Sequence record: NC_061442.1
Reading direction: 5' to 3' (one strand)
Length of the DNA stretch: 64,000 nt
Shown here piece by piece: positions 9,181-18,489 of the stretch. Each line of letters starts with the position of its first letter. Positions within the stretch are counted from its first letter, which is position 1. The notes under the pieces are model-generated. The model was not told the DNA's origin. It searched no databases and was given only the letters and a program-made list of their open reading frames with translations. The position numbers were made by a program, and so were the translations under genes.

Positions 9181-9789
9181 ATGTCTATCGTAACTTTTTT
9201 CGTAAAACGTTCTTATGCTTCACTTGGCGCAGGCAACTTCGCTATCGCTGCCTCACAGGTGCAAGAGCTGGCAGAAGCTGAGTGCTTCATCGTCTACACT
9301 AACACGGGACTGGGTAACACGTTCGCTGTGCGTAACATCACGATCACACCGCTCGATGAAAACAGCGTGACTGTTTCATTCGACCCTCTCACCGATGTTC
9401 ACGCGCTGCCTGCTTCGATTCTCCCTAAAGAGATTTTGAAAGAGTCAGTCGAGCGTATCGTAATGCCAGAAGAAGATATGCGTGAAGTGCCACGCTTCTA
9501 TATCGCCAACGATGCAAATGGCAATAACCCGAACCTGCTTGCGCTTGATCTGAACTGCCGTCAACGTTTCGTGCAGTATCATGGCGGCCTGTGTACGCTG
9601 ACCGATCTTGTGCTGGCGCTGTACGAGTCAGGCATTCATATCTCTGACATTCATCATGGCGTGAAGCAGAAAAGCAACGTTGCTGCCGTACTAGCACAAT
9701 ATCCCCGCACCGTGTTTGAGCTTAACAAAGATAACGGCGTTGTGAACGACAGCCTGCCTGCGCTGGCGCGTATGACCGTACTAATGTAA
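9181..9789 (+). CDS. Hypothetical protein
   Basis: ORF track; start moved past the UACG hairpin to ATG 9181. Confidence 0.75.
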   Translation: MSIVTFFVKRSYASLGAGNFAIAASQVQELAEAECFIVYTNTGLGNTFAVRNITITPLDENSVTVSFDPLTDVHALPASILPKEILKESVERIVMPEEDMREVPRFYIANDANGNNPNLLALDLNCRQRFVQYHGGLCTLTDLVLALYESGIHISDIHHGVKQKSNVAAVLAQYPRTVFELNKDNGVVNDSLPALARMTVLM

Positions 9790-9798
9790 ACAACTATC

Positions 9799-9822
9799 GC
9801 CTCGCATATCGCGGGGCTTTTC
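9799..9822 (+). terminator. Intrinsic terminator
   Basis: gcctcgc-atatc-gcggggc-tttt. Confidence 0.65.
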
Positions 9823-9837
9823 TATTTGGAGAATGTT

Positions 9838-10098
9838 ATGGTATACGAACGCGAAGAACTCGAAGACATGCCTCTCGATGTACTTTATCATCTGGCGAGT
9901 GCCAAAGGCCTGCTGGACGATCTGGACGATGATGACGATGCACCTGATCGTGAAGTGCTGGTGGGTATGATTCTTGACGACCAGAACGAACAGCAACTGG
10001 CTGACGAAGAAGCCGAAGACAAGCAACGTGCCGAAGATGATCGTGATCCACTAATCAATCGCCGTGACGGTCAGGATGGTTCTGACGACTACTGTTAA
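9838..10098 (+). CDS. Small acidic protein with HeH/LEM-like N-terminus
   Basis: EELEDMPLDVLYHLASAKGLL...DREVLVGMIL followed by a D/E tract. Confidence 0.7.
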   Translation: MVYEREELEDMPLDVLYHLASAKGLLDDLDDDDDAPDREVLVGMILDDQNEQQLADEEAEDKQRAEDDRDPLINRRDGQDGSDDYC

Positions 10099-10109
10099 GT
10101 AAACCCAGA

Positions 10110-10128
10110 GGCTGCCAGCGCTGGTGGC
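10110..10128 (+). repeat. Hairpin repeat ggctgccagYgctggtggc, copy 1
   Basis: 18/19 identical to 10512-10530. Confidence 0.8.
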
Positions 10129-10152
10129 TTCACTCACAAAGAAGGAGTAACA

Positions 10153-10503
10153 ATGAAGCGCAAAGTAATATTGATAGACACAGCAGAGTTTCAAAGCAAC
10201 CTACCGATCGCTCTACCGTCGATTATCGACTTCACTGATATTGAGTCAGTGGTTTTTGTCGTGAAGGCGAATGCAGAGTTCGGAGGCATCGAATATCTAG
10301 GCGCGTACCTAGCGTCTGAGATCTTCGTGGACTATACGAAGATACCGTTGGCGCAAACGATCAAGATCAACGCGTACGGTGTCGTGCCGTTAGAAGAAGC
10401 AATGAAGCGCAATCTTCAAAACGGCTATCAGTACACGGACGATGTACCTGACGAGCACAAACGCATTTATTCTGCAACGCCAACAACAATAACGTTCGCG
10501 TAA
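10153..10503 (+). CDS. Hypothetical protein
   Basis: ORF with AAGGAG RBS. Confidence 0.8.
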   Translation: MKRKVILIDTAEFQSNLPIALPSIIDFTDIESVVFVVKANAEFGGIEYLGAYLASEIFVDYTKIPLAQTIKINAYGVVPLEEAMKRNLQNGYQYTDDVPDEHKRIYSATPTTITFA

Positions 10504-10510
10504 TAACTAA

Positions 10511-10538
10511 GGGCTGCCAGTGCTGGTGGCCCTTTTTC
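10511..10538 (+). terminator. Intrinsic terminator (hairpin repeat copy 2)
   Basis: gggctgccag-tg-ctggtggccc-ttttt. Confidence 0.75.
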
Positions 10539-10581
10539 ATTTCTGTAAATACCTCGTACATTAATCAATGCGAGATATTCA

Positions 10582-10953
10582 ATGCGCCGCTTTCTGACAG
10601 TCTTTAACGTCACTCAACAGGAGTTTGACGACCGTCGCTTTTTCCAGCATAAGCTGAACATCATTACGACCATGCGCCGAACTCACGGCGTGTTGTTAGC
10701 TATTCGTGAAACAGGTAAAGTATTCGTAGCCTCTACCGCCTCATATCAAAGGGCAGAAGAATACGATCTGCGTCGTGTGGACTTCTCTGCTCCTAGTGAG
10801 GTTACGCACGAACTGGGTGAACGTTTCACCGAACTGAAACAGGCAATCGCTAACAACCTGCAGGACAAAAGCATTCGCTACTTCGGTCGCACGTTGTCGC
10901 TTAACGATGTACAGCAGGCTCTGTATCGCACACAACTGGAGATTATCTCATGA
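10582..10953 (+). CDS. Hypothetical protein
   Basis: ORF track. Confidence 0.7.
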   Translation: MRRFLTVFNVTQQEFDDRRFFQHKLNIITTMRRTHGVLLAIRETGKVFVASTASYQRAEEYDLRRVDFSAPSEVTHELGERFTELKQAIANNLQDKSIRYFGRTLSLNDVQQALYRTQLEIIS

Positions 10954-11192
10954 CAACAATCGCATCTCTAGGCGCTCGATTCGCCGCCTCTTCCTCTGAG
11001 CGTTGTTCTGCTCGTAAAAAGAAAGACCCAAAGAACAAGACGATCACCTGCGCAGGCACGACAGCCATGTATAACGCCGTAGAGAGACTTGCAATCAAAC
11101 TCAACGTGTCCCGCTCCCGTGCAGTAGAGATCGCCATTGAACAGCTTATGGAGAAACACGGAATTGTCGTGGAGGGTGCCGATGACAACTGA
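10950..11192 (+). CDS. Ribbon-helix-helix (Arc/CopG-like) DNA-binding protein
   Basis: KTITCAGTTAMYNAVERLAIKLNVSRSRAVEIAIEQLM has the RHH pattern. Confidence 0.65.
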   Translation: MTTIASLGARFAASSSERCSARKKKDPKNKTITCAGTTAMYNAVERLAIKLNVSRSRAVEIAIEQLMEKHGIVVEGADDN

Positions 11193-11547
11193 TACGATCT
11201 ACTGTCGTCTATACGGCGTTCAGTATCGTCTGGGTGTCACTGGCATCGACTTCTCACAATCGCCTACTGTCTACACAGTACATGCCTGTGACCTGCTGCG
11301 TATGCTGCCTCGTATTCATGTCGGGGCTGCCTACAGCACGTACACACCGTACCTTGTGCTAAAAGTAGGCCGTGCTGACTTCAAGATCAAACTGATTGAG
11401 AAGATAAGTGCTGACGAGTGGCGCTACTCATTCGTTGATAGCACAGGCAGACCATTCAACACTATTCTGAAACGGAGAAAGTATGACCATTGGTTTGATC
11501 AAAGTCTTAGGCCTAAAGGACAAGGCCCCAAAGGGATTCGATCTTGA
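11182..11547 (+). CDS. Hypothetical protein
   Basis: GGAGG RBS before ATG 11182. Confidence 0.7.
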   Translation: MTTDTIYCRLYGVQYRLGVTGIDFSQSPTVYTVHACDLLRMLPRIHVGAAYSTYTPYLVLKVGRADFKIKLIEKISADEWRYSFVDSTGRPFNTILKRRKYDHWFDQSLRPKGQGPKGIRS

Positions 11548-12115
11548 TATCACACCAGTCTCACGCGATGATGATTGGTGGTCGCTGAGTCCTTTCTATC
11601 TAGGCCCGTGTCGTACTCCTGACGGTATGATGTTCTTGAACATGGAAAACATGTGGCAGTACAGCAAAGTGTACGAAGAACATCTGGTTAATTCGAACGA
11701 CCTATTTCATGGAGAGATATCCCGTGAGTGGTGGGAATGGCATTTGAAAGGCAGTACAACCGAACAGGCGCATCGCTATCCAGCGGGGAAGGGTCGAAAG
11801 GCCCTGTTCTCGAAATGGGGTGACTTGCGCCTTTCGTACATTCCCGCACGAAAACAAATCTACGTTCCAGAGTATGCGAAGCTGGTCATTCACAAGCCGA
11901 AGTTCAAACGCTTGTTGAAGGATTATAAGAAAGGTGCCAAGATAGTCCTCAGAGATTATGACACCTACGATATTCAAAAGGCATACCCAGATTCTCGTAG
12001 CCCGTGGTTGTCTGCCATTCAAAACGAGAATGCAAAGTTCGGCCATGCGTTCGTCATTGCATTGGCCTTGATGTTCCACGAACGACCACTATGGTATAAT
12101 CAATGGGTAATCTGA
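11483..12115 (+). CDS. NADAR-like (DUF6939-type) protein
   Basis: LSPFYLGP...FLNMENMWQYSKVY...ARKQIYVPEY...FGHAFVIA resembles the NADAR SPF / xExxxQxxK pattern. Confidence 0.55.
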   Translation: MTIGLIKVLGLKDKAPKGFDLDITPVSRDDDWWSLSPFYLGPCRTPDGMMFLNMENMWQYSKVYEEHLVNSNDLFHGEISREWWEWHLKGSTTEQAHRYPAGKGRKALFSKWGDLRLSYIPARKQIYVPEYAKLVIHKPKFKRLLKDYKKGAKIVLRDYDTYDIQKAYPDSRSPWLSAIQNENAKFGHAFVIALALMFHERPLWYNQWVI

Positions 12116-12159
12116 CCAGGTACGTAGCCTGCATTGAGTTGTCTACCCGCGAAGGAAAT

Positions 12160-12423
12160 ATGAATCTGCCGATTCTACCTCGCTGTGAACTACAAGCATT
12201 TGTTCTTGATGGACACACGCAAACTAAAGTGCCTATCAAACTTAATGCCACAAACGTCATCAATGTGGCGGGCAAAACGTGTGGTAGTCTGCAATGGTTT
12301 GATTGTGTGAATCTGCTCATATGGTCATCGTTTGAGCCTGGCAGGTTTACGCTGTATATTGAACGTGCTTGCAAAACAGACGAGACTACAGACGACCAGC
12401 AATCTGCTGAACTCTGCAAATAA
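12160..12423 (+). CDS. Hypothetical protein
   Basis: AAGGA RBS before ATG 12160. Confidence 0.6.
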   Translation: MNLPILPRCELQAFVLDGHTQTKVPIKLNATNVINVAGKTCGSLQWFDCVNLLIWSSFEPGRFTLYIERACKTDETTDDQQSAELCK

Positions 12424-12487
12424 TAGGCTGAAATAGCCATTCAGTCAGATACGCTCCTATGATATACTATACGTGAGCGCAGTGCTC
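12411..12487 (+). promoter_or_regulatory. Class-A phage promoter
   Basis: actctgcaaataataGGctgaaat; TGaTATACT at 12460; gagc-gcagt-gctc hairpin. Confidence 0.85.
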
Positions 12488-12513
12488 ATAAAACTAACGC
12501 TGAGGAGCGTATC

Positions 12514-12963
12514 ATGACTACTTTATCTATCGTTGATTTGAAGACCCCTGCGGAATTTACTACACATCTGACTTTCGGTCACATGGAAGAACTGCGGGCC
12601 AGCCTCGAACGCGCCTTAAATCGTTCTGACCTCGAGGTGTATGTTGAATGCGATTCGAACTACACACTCGAAGAAGCAAACACTGATGGCCCTGACCAAC
12701 TGGTGGGCGACCATGAGTGTATTAACGTTCACGTTCGTTATTCGGGAATGTCGTTCGATGAAGCGACGGCGAAAGGCGTGTGGGATATCTTACTGCAAGC
12801 CCCGCACGAAGATAACAGCATGTCCGAGTGGTCTAACTCATACATCATGTATGTGGCCGATGAAAACCTCGACGCGCTGGAAGAAGTGACGATAGAAAAC
12901 GGGAATCCTCGTATGATGGAAACTCTCGTTGATCGTATTAACTACTGGCTGCCAAAACTCTAA
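12514..12963 (+). CDS. Acidic hypothetical protein
   Basis: GAGGAG RBS. Confidence 0.8.
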   Translation: MTTLSIVDLKTPAEFTTHLTFGHMEELRASLERALNRSDLEVYVECDSNYTLEEANTDGPDQLVGDHECINVHVRYSGMSFDEATAKGVWDILLQAPHEDNSMSEWSNSYIMYVADENLDALEEVTIENGNPRMMETLVDRINYWLPKL

Positions 12964-12967
12964 GCGC

Positions 12968-13032
12968 TTTGTGAAGGGCATTTGCGAGTGCCCTTTGAAA
13001 ATCAAACCCCATAAGCTGAGGAGCTTAACATG
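12968..13032 (+). repeat. Intergenic module (hairpin + RBS), copy 1
   Basis: tttgtgaagggcat..gagtgc(c/t)ctttgaaaatcaaacc is shared with 13350; cccataagctgaggagcttaacatg is shared with 13807. Confidence 0.85.
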
Positions 13033-13347
13033 TCATCTTCTACTACTTTGACTTTCATCTTCCCAGAAATGACCACTCTGGAAGTATCTATCGGTAACGG
13101 CGTTGTGCCTGCGTATCTGGGTCTCGCAGAAAACAAAGACATAACATTCAGTGATGTTAAGGCACTGCGTCTGATGGGTGACTCAAACATCGTGGGTGCA
13201 ATGTCACGCTTCGATCAGTCGATGCTTAACATGCTGATCGCTCGCCACGAAACGCATGAGCACATTCGATGCCGTGACGCCATGGACTCGGGCGCAGAGT
13301 ATTTCCCATCTACTTGTCTGTATCTGAAAGTAGCGCATCACCGCTAA
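13030..13347 (+). CDS. Hypothetical protein
   Basis: GAGGAG RBS. Confidence 0.8.
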   Translation: MSSSTTLTFIFPEMTTLEVSIGNGVVPAYLGLAENKDITFSDVKALRLMGDSNIVGAMSRFDQSMLNMLIARHETHEHIRCRDAMDSGAEYFPSTCLYLKVAHHR

Positions 13348-13349
13348 GA

Positions 13350-13413
13350 TTTGTGAAGGGCATTCTAACGAGTGCTCTTTGAAAATCAAACCTGTTCTGA
13401 GGAGGACAACATG
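13350..13413 (+). repeat. Intergenic module, copy 2
   Basis: Near-identical to 12968-13010. Confidence 0.85.
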
Positions 13414-13764
13414 CCCGCAACTGAATTGCCTATCGACGCTCGCGCTTTTGACGATTTGAGCAATAACAACTTCCTGCAAGTGTGCAACGCAATCTCTTTC
13501 TGCGTGTCTCGAGGTGACCTTGAGTTTCGTCATCATATCAAAGGACGCCACATAGACGTTGCCTATCGCGCTGGTGGCAATAACGCTTTCGGCATCAGCA
13601 CTGTTCGCATCTTGATGCCGTCCGAAGTTCTACGTGAAGATATCGTGGAAGACTTCGAAATCATTCATGGCGATGCAGTAATCCAAATTGAACGCCAGAA
13701 AGATTCGTTCTCAACGCTGCAACGTATCGCAGGTGCAGTAGAAGCCTGTATGCCTAAGAAGTGA
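13411..13764 (+). CDS. Hypothetical protein
   Basis: GAGGAGG RBS before ATG 13411. Confidence 0.8.
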   Translation: MPATELPIDARAFDDLSNNNFLQVCNAISFCVSRGDLEFRHHIKGRHIDVAYRAGGNNAFGISTVRILMPSEVLREDIVEDFEIIHGDAVIQIERQKDSFSTLQRIAGAVEACMPKK

Positions 13765-13806
13765 TTGTTGTTCGCAGGTTCTTACGAGAGCCTGCTGTCA
13801 ACATAA

Positions 13807-13831
13807 CCCATAAGCTGAGGAGCTTAACATG
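13807..13831 (+). repeat. 25-nt translation-initiation repeat
   Basis: Identical to 13008-13032. Confidence 0.9.
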
Positions 13832-14236
13832 AAACAATATCCACGCCGTGGCCAAGTGTACTCCCTGAAAGAAATCGAAAACGAGCTGGAGTTGCGTGAT
13901 AGCCCGTTCTTGCGCTTCATCCCGCAGAAGGTTTGTATGGTGGGAGAACGTGAAGCAGGCATTCAGGTCATCCAGACCTCGTCAGTTGCTAATCTATCTG
14001 ACATTGAAGGTTGGGCAGATACGCAGTGGACATACGTGCGCGAGACCGAAGAGTGGATTCCGCTTTTCCGTGCTGTTGATGACGCGGCGATTGAAGCGCT
14101 CTGTGTTATCGAGCCTGACACGTCTGAGTTTCGTTCTGGCGACGGTATGCACATCTACCCTAAGGGTACCGTGTGCAATCAGTATGAGCCGTACGATGAA
14201 AAGCTGCACGGTGATATGCTTGTGAGGGTATCATGA
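13829..14236 (+). CDS. Hypothetical protein
   Basis: GAGGAG RBS. Confidence 0.8.
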   Translation: MKQYPRRGQVYSLKEIENELELRDSPFLRFIPQKVCMVGEREAGIQVIQTSSVANLSDIEGWADTQWTYVRETEEWIPLFRAVDDAAIEALCVIEPDTSEFRSGDGMHIYPKGTVCNQYEPYDEKLHGDMLVRVS

Positions 14237-14457
14237 AGGGATTAATGAATCTTTTCAACGGTTGGGCTACGCGCCTTTCTGAGCGTACAATCAAAATTGC
14301 ATATTGCGTATATGTCGCATTGTTTATTTTGGTTGCTTTCCTGACAAGCCCGTGGGTGTATGACTCGCCCATAGGCATGTGGATATTCTGCTGTGTTACT
14401 GTGTGTTTTGTGACGCCAACGTTCATTGCTGTTCTGATTCGCTCTAAGACTTGTTAA
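14233..14457 (+). CDS. Small membrane protein (2 TM)
   Basis: Two hydrophobic stretches; ATGA overlap. Confidence 0.7.
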   Translation: MKGLMNLFNGWATRLSERTIKIAYCVYVALFILVAFLTSPWVYDSPIGMWIFCCVTVCFVTPTFIAVLIRSKTC

Positions 14458-14515
14458 TAAAACAGGGATGCTCACGATTGTGCGCGTCCCATTTCTCATT
14501 TAAGGACAATTTCCC

Positions 14516-15025
14516 ATGATACCAGAACTCACTCATATCTTTAACGTAATGATGACCAGCCTGAAAGATATTCGCAGCGTTGATCGTCTCCATCTCATTA
14601 ACAAAAGTGCTGTGCGCTTTCATCTCAAAGGCAAACAGTTCGACGTTCGCGGTAAGTTTCCGTTGTTATCCGTTCATGAAGTTGAAAGTCACTGCCTGTC
14701 TTATTCGAAAGCTGCCAAAGAGATTGAAGCACAACTCAATGGCGACCCTATCGAAGAAATCGAAGACAACTCCCATGATACCGCGCTGGATGAAGTGTTA
14801 ATCGCTCACGTCGATAGCATGGAAGAAGATCGTGTTCGGGCGTACAACGAAGAATGTGGAGGCCCTGATTTAGACCCGATCAATATGCAGCGCACTTGGC
14901 TCAAAACACATTTTCTGCATATCGGCCACAACACGCCCGACCTTCTCGAAACAGTTCTGATGATGGAAGGTCAAGAGCGTCATGACGCACTGGCAGGAGC
15001 CGTTAGGGGGACATTATGTTTCTAG
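14516..15025 (+). CDS. Hypothetical protein
   Basis: AAGGA RBS. Confidence 0.75.
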   Translation: MIPELTHIFNVMMTSLKDIRSVDRLHLINKSAVRFHLKGKQFDVRGKFPLLSVHEVESHCLSYSKAAKEIEAQLNGDPIEEIEDNSHDTALDEVLIAHVDSMEEDRVRAYNEECGGPDLDPINMQRTWLKTHFLHIGHNTPDLLETVLMMEGQERHDALAGAVRGTLCF

Positions 15026-15297
15026 CGTGGATTAAATACCTGCGCAGTAGAAAGAACCAGCAGTTTATGATTGAAGTAACAACGGCAATCGGCAAGTTAA
15101 ACCAGCGTGACCGTGACCTACTATGTCGTATATTCAATCTTTCTGCTGATGCGGAAGGTTTGTTTACGTTGTCTAACATGAAGCGTAAGCAATTGGCCGA
15201 GCAGTGCAACATGTATTATGCCAGCGTGTCTGGTAAAAACTGGAACGTGTATGATACGTTCCTCAAAGTCCTACACAACGCAAGAAAAGGAAAGTAA
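15016..15297 (+). CDS. Hypothetical protein
   Basis: GGGGGA RBS. Confidence 0.7.
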   Translation: MFLAWIKYLRSRKNQQFMIEVTTAIGKLNQRDRDLLCRIFNLSADAEGLFTLSNMKRKQLAEQCNMYYASVSGKNWNVYDTFLKVLHNARKGK

Positions 15298-15300
15298 ACC

Positions 15301-15741
15301 ATGAACGAAATAGATATTCTGATCCGTGAGTATGACCGGGCGTATCTGAAAGCAGAAGCATCACCTTTCGGTAACGTCGCATATCACGTACAAGATCAAA
15401 CGGACGGCCTGAAAAACATTGCACTCTATCTGCGTTTTCGTTCTGGCCCGCAAGCTCTTTGGCAGCGTCCGTGTTTAGTGCTCGCCACAATTGATGTTCG
15501 TGACTCAGGTAAAGGTACGTTCAGTGAGTTGCTTCGTCGCACAAAAGACCTGTGCCGCGAACGTGACTGGATTCTTCAAGTTGAAAACGTTCTGACTCCT
15601 CAGTTCAGAAAGTTCTTGCAGCGTGGTGGCTTCAAGCCATTCGGCATTGATAAAGACGTACCGTACGGAAGTCTCTACTGGTTCCATGACGAGACAATCC
15701 CGCAGCAATGCGCTATGTACCCAGAGAGGCCACACCCATGA
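15301..15741 (+). CDS. GNAT-family acetyltransferase
   Basis: LATIDVRDSGKGTFSELL (motif A) and VENVLTPQFRKFLQRGGF (motif B). Confidence 0.6.
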   Translation: MNEIDILIREYDRAYLKAEASPFGNVAYHVQDQTDGLKNIALYLRFRSGPQALWQRPCLVLATIDVRDSGKGTFSELLRRTKDLCRERDWILQVENVLTPQFRKFLQRGGFKPFGIDKDVPYGSLYWFHDETIPQQCAMYPERPHP

Positions 15742-16184
15742 ACATTCCTTGGTATGTGATGTTCGCTATGGGTCTACTTCCTCTGTCCACTTGCTACGTT
15801 GTCTTCCCGTGGTTCCGTGCTGCTGTCAATCGCAGACTGACGTTCAAGCCTCTTGACTATGATGCACTTGACGAGATACTGACTGGTGGTATGCCGGAGC
15901 GTGTTACCATTACGTGTCTGCGAGCCGCATATAGGTCGAACACTCCCGCACATTCTCATGTGGATATCTATCCGCACAAAGAGAACGTTGCAGTGATTCG
16001 AATGCTGGTGGACCCTAACTTCCCTATTGCACGAATCTTTCACAAGGTCCTGATCGATAACTATAGCGCGTTCGCTGTGAAGTCGAACAGAGCACCGCTG
16101 ATCACAATCAATCAGTGCGTATATCCTGTTGTTGAGTATGAGTATGACGATACGTACCTGTTGATTTACGTCAAGCATAAGTAA
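15738..16184 (+). CDS. Hypothetical protein with N-terminal TM segment
   Basis: ATGA overlap; hydrophobic N-terminus. Confidence 0.7.
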   Translation: MNIPWYVMFAMGLLPLSTCYVVFPWFRAAVNRRLTFKPLDYDALDEILTGGMPERVTITCLRAAYRSNTPAHSHVDIYPHKENVAVIRMLVDPNFPIARIFHKVLIDNYSAFAVKSNRAPLITINQCVYPVVEYEYDDTYLLIYVKHK

Positions 16185-16193
16185 GGAAACATC

Positions 16194-16493
16194 ATGGTCA
16201 CCCAACAGCAACTAACAGAGTTTGCCGCAATGCCTGTACTCCACCGTAAAGTGGTACTGCGCAGTATGCAGGTTGAGATGTTGGGTGCCTTGCCTGAGCT
16301 GACTGACATTGTACGTGAGATGCTATACCGTGCGATTGTCGTTGACGTAGCTCAAGCTGAACTGGCACTCCTTGCTGCTCGTCAAATGTGTGAGAATAAG
16401 GACGTTCGTAAAAGCATTGACGACCTGCTTCAATTCGCTGCGCGTCTGCATGACGTTGCAACTGATAACTTTCTTTCTGGAGATTTACTATGA
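16194..16493 (+). CDS. Hypothetical protein
   Basis: AAGGA RBS. Confidence 0.75.
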   Translation: MVTQQQLTEFAAMPVLHRKVVLRSMQVEMLGALPELTDIVREMLYRAIVVDVAQAELALLAARQMCENKDVRKSIDDLLQFAARLHDVATDNFLSGDLL

Positions 16494-17554
16494 ATAAGAC
16501 CGTTGGCCTGATGATTGATGAAGACGTAATGAACTGGCTGGACATGCTGCTTGCTGGTGAACTCAGCAACGTCTTAGGCGCGTTGAACAATATCGTATAC
16601 GCCCGCCGTCAGGAACTGTCTGTCGAACGTCTAACAGAAGACGAAGACATTGCAGCACTTTCTCACAAAGAGTTGGAAATCATCCTGCGTTACGCTTCAC
16701 CTGAGCATGAGTACGACACGTCCGTGCTGTCTAATGAGCAACTGCTTCGTTTGGCGATGGACGCACAAGGGATCATCTCGTACACATTGCCGTGCCACTG
16801 TTCGCCTATCATGGTTCAACGTGCTTTCGCTAACGGCCAGATCAAATCGTTGTTGGGTAGCTTCTCTAATCGTGCTGATATCGTCATGGCAGTTCATCAT
16901 TGGGAATGTGGCCTGACTAACATCTCACTTGATGCTATTGTGGGAAATGATGTGCGCCCAGACGAGCAGGGGCTGTATCTGTGTTACGACGAACATAAAC
17001 AGGTACGTTATGGTCGCCTGTTCCGAAATGCCAACGACGGCTGGACATTCCATGAATCGTATGCTGCTGGTGGTTCGACTTCGTGGTTCGAAGAGGGCGA
17101 AGGTAAAGCTCTTGACGACGATGACCTGCCGATCAATCTGCTGTCTAACTGGGTATTCGTAGCGCCTGATCAATCACCGTCAATCATTCGCAAAGAGACG
17201 GACATTAAACGTCTGTCTGAAACGCAACGCATCTTCCTGTATTTGCGTAGCCTGAGTCCTCACGTCAAAGCAGAAATCGTTGCGCATTTCGATGGCGTGT
17301 TGAACAATCGCGTATTCACTTCTGTTGAGCAGATTGGTCGCCTTACAGAAACTGACTGGCGCAATGCTGCTATCGCTATCGGTGAAGAAGAACGTGGGCA
17401 AGAAGGTAAACACTTCTGGGATGACCGTGGTGCTTGGGCTTGTTTCGTTGCTGTGCTCAACTCTCTGAGCTATGACATGGAGACACGCGACTTCCAACCT
17501 CAATACGAATATCAAGCTAACGACGACACTCTGGAAGAAGACAACAATGGCTAA
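16490..17554 (+). CDS. Hypothetical protein (354 aa)
   Basis: Long ORF, ATGA overlap. Confidence 0.8.
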   Translation: MNKTVGLMIDEDVMNWLDMLLAGELSNVLGALNNIVYARRQELSVERLTEDEDIAALSHKELEIILRYASPEHEYDTSVLSNEQLLRLAMDAQGIISYTLPCHCSPIMVQRAFANGQIKSLLGSFSNRADIVMAVHHWECGLTNISLDAIVGNDVRPDEQGLYLCYDEHKQVRYGRLFRNANDGWTFHESYAAGGSTSWFEEGEGKALDDDDLPINLLSNWVFVAPDQSPSIIRKETDIKRLSETQRIFLYLRSLSPHVKAEIVAHFDGVLNNRVFTSVEQIGRLTETDWRNAAIAIGEEERGQEGKHFWDDRGAWACFVAVLNSLSYDMETRDFQPQYEYQANDDTLEEDNNG

Positions 17555-18086
17555 ATCACTCGGTGTATATATGACTTACATTCTGCGACACAAGCCGCAG
17601 GATATCGGGATCGCAATGGACACTCAGGGTTGGGTGTCCATTCAGGACTTCTTGGAAAAAGCGAGCTACAAGAATAAGCCCATCACACGCGATCAGTTAT
17701 TGGCTGAGGTAGTTGAAGACGAAAAAGGCCGCTTCCAGTTGAACGCCGCGCAGACCCGCATTCGTTGCGTTCAGGGTCACTCGGTTGAGAACGTCATCAT
17801 GAACCTCGAACTATACACGCTAATCACCGACCCCGTGTATCACGGTACTGCGGAAAAGAACGTTGCTTCTATTCTGGCGCAAGGTCTATTGAAAGGTAAA
17901 CGCAAGCACGTTCACATCTCCGCTAATGTGGCTACAGCGAAACAAGTAGGTCAACGTCATGGTTCGCCTGTTGTGTTTGAGATCGACACTTACGCCATGA
18001 TCACGCACGGCTATAAATTCTACCGTGCCGAGAATGGAGTCATCCTGACCGACCACGTACCGTCCCGATATATCAAGTTGGTGTAG
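17547..18086 (+). CDS. kptA: RNA 2'-phosphotransferase (Tpt1/KptA)
   Basis: YILRHKP, KGRFQ, IRCVQGHS, YHGT, KRKHVHIS, RHG motifs; start moved to ATG 17547. Confidence 0.95.
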   Translation: MAKSLGVYMTYILRHKPQDIGIAMDTQGWVSIQDFLEKASYKNKPITRDQLLAEVVEDEKGRFQLNAAQTRIRCVQGHSVENVIMNLELYTLITDPVYHGTAEKNVASILAQGLLKGKRKHVHISANVATAKQVGQRHGSPVVFEIDTYAMITHGYKFYRAENGVILTDHVPSRYIKLV

Positions 18087-18102
18087 TATGGAGAAGACGT
18101 AT

Positions 18103-18489
18103 ATGCGTCATTGGGGATCGCGCTATGTGCGATCCTCCTCCGGCAAGTGGTATTCAGTTCATGGCCGTGAGGGTACGTGGGTAACGAATCGTTACGGTAC
18201 TTCATTCTATCGAAGCGGCTCCGAAGTATGGCGTGACATAACCCGCGCTGACCGCGAATCGCTAGAGCGTGAATTAATCAAACGTACACGCGAAGACTTT
18301 AAGGAGAATAAACTCAAGTATAACCACTGGGGCAATATAGTGAGGGCTATTGCTAGGCAGTCAGAAGACGAAAAGAATGAGCATACGGCAGAACTTGCTG
18401 AGATGCTCGAAGCGCTTAGACAGACTTTCTACGGACAGAAGGTACAGCAACTAAGCACAATTCTGGACGAAATAGCCGTTAAGAAGTAG
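18103..18489 (+). CDS. Hypothetical protein
   Basis: GGAG RBS before ATG 18103. Confidence 0.7.
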   Translation: MRHWGSRYVRSSSGKWYSVHGREGTWVTNRYGTSFYRSGSEVWRDITRADRESLERELIKRTREDFKENKLKYNHWGNIVRAIARQSEDEKNEHTAELAEMLEALRQTFYGQKVQQLSTILDEIAVKK

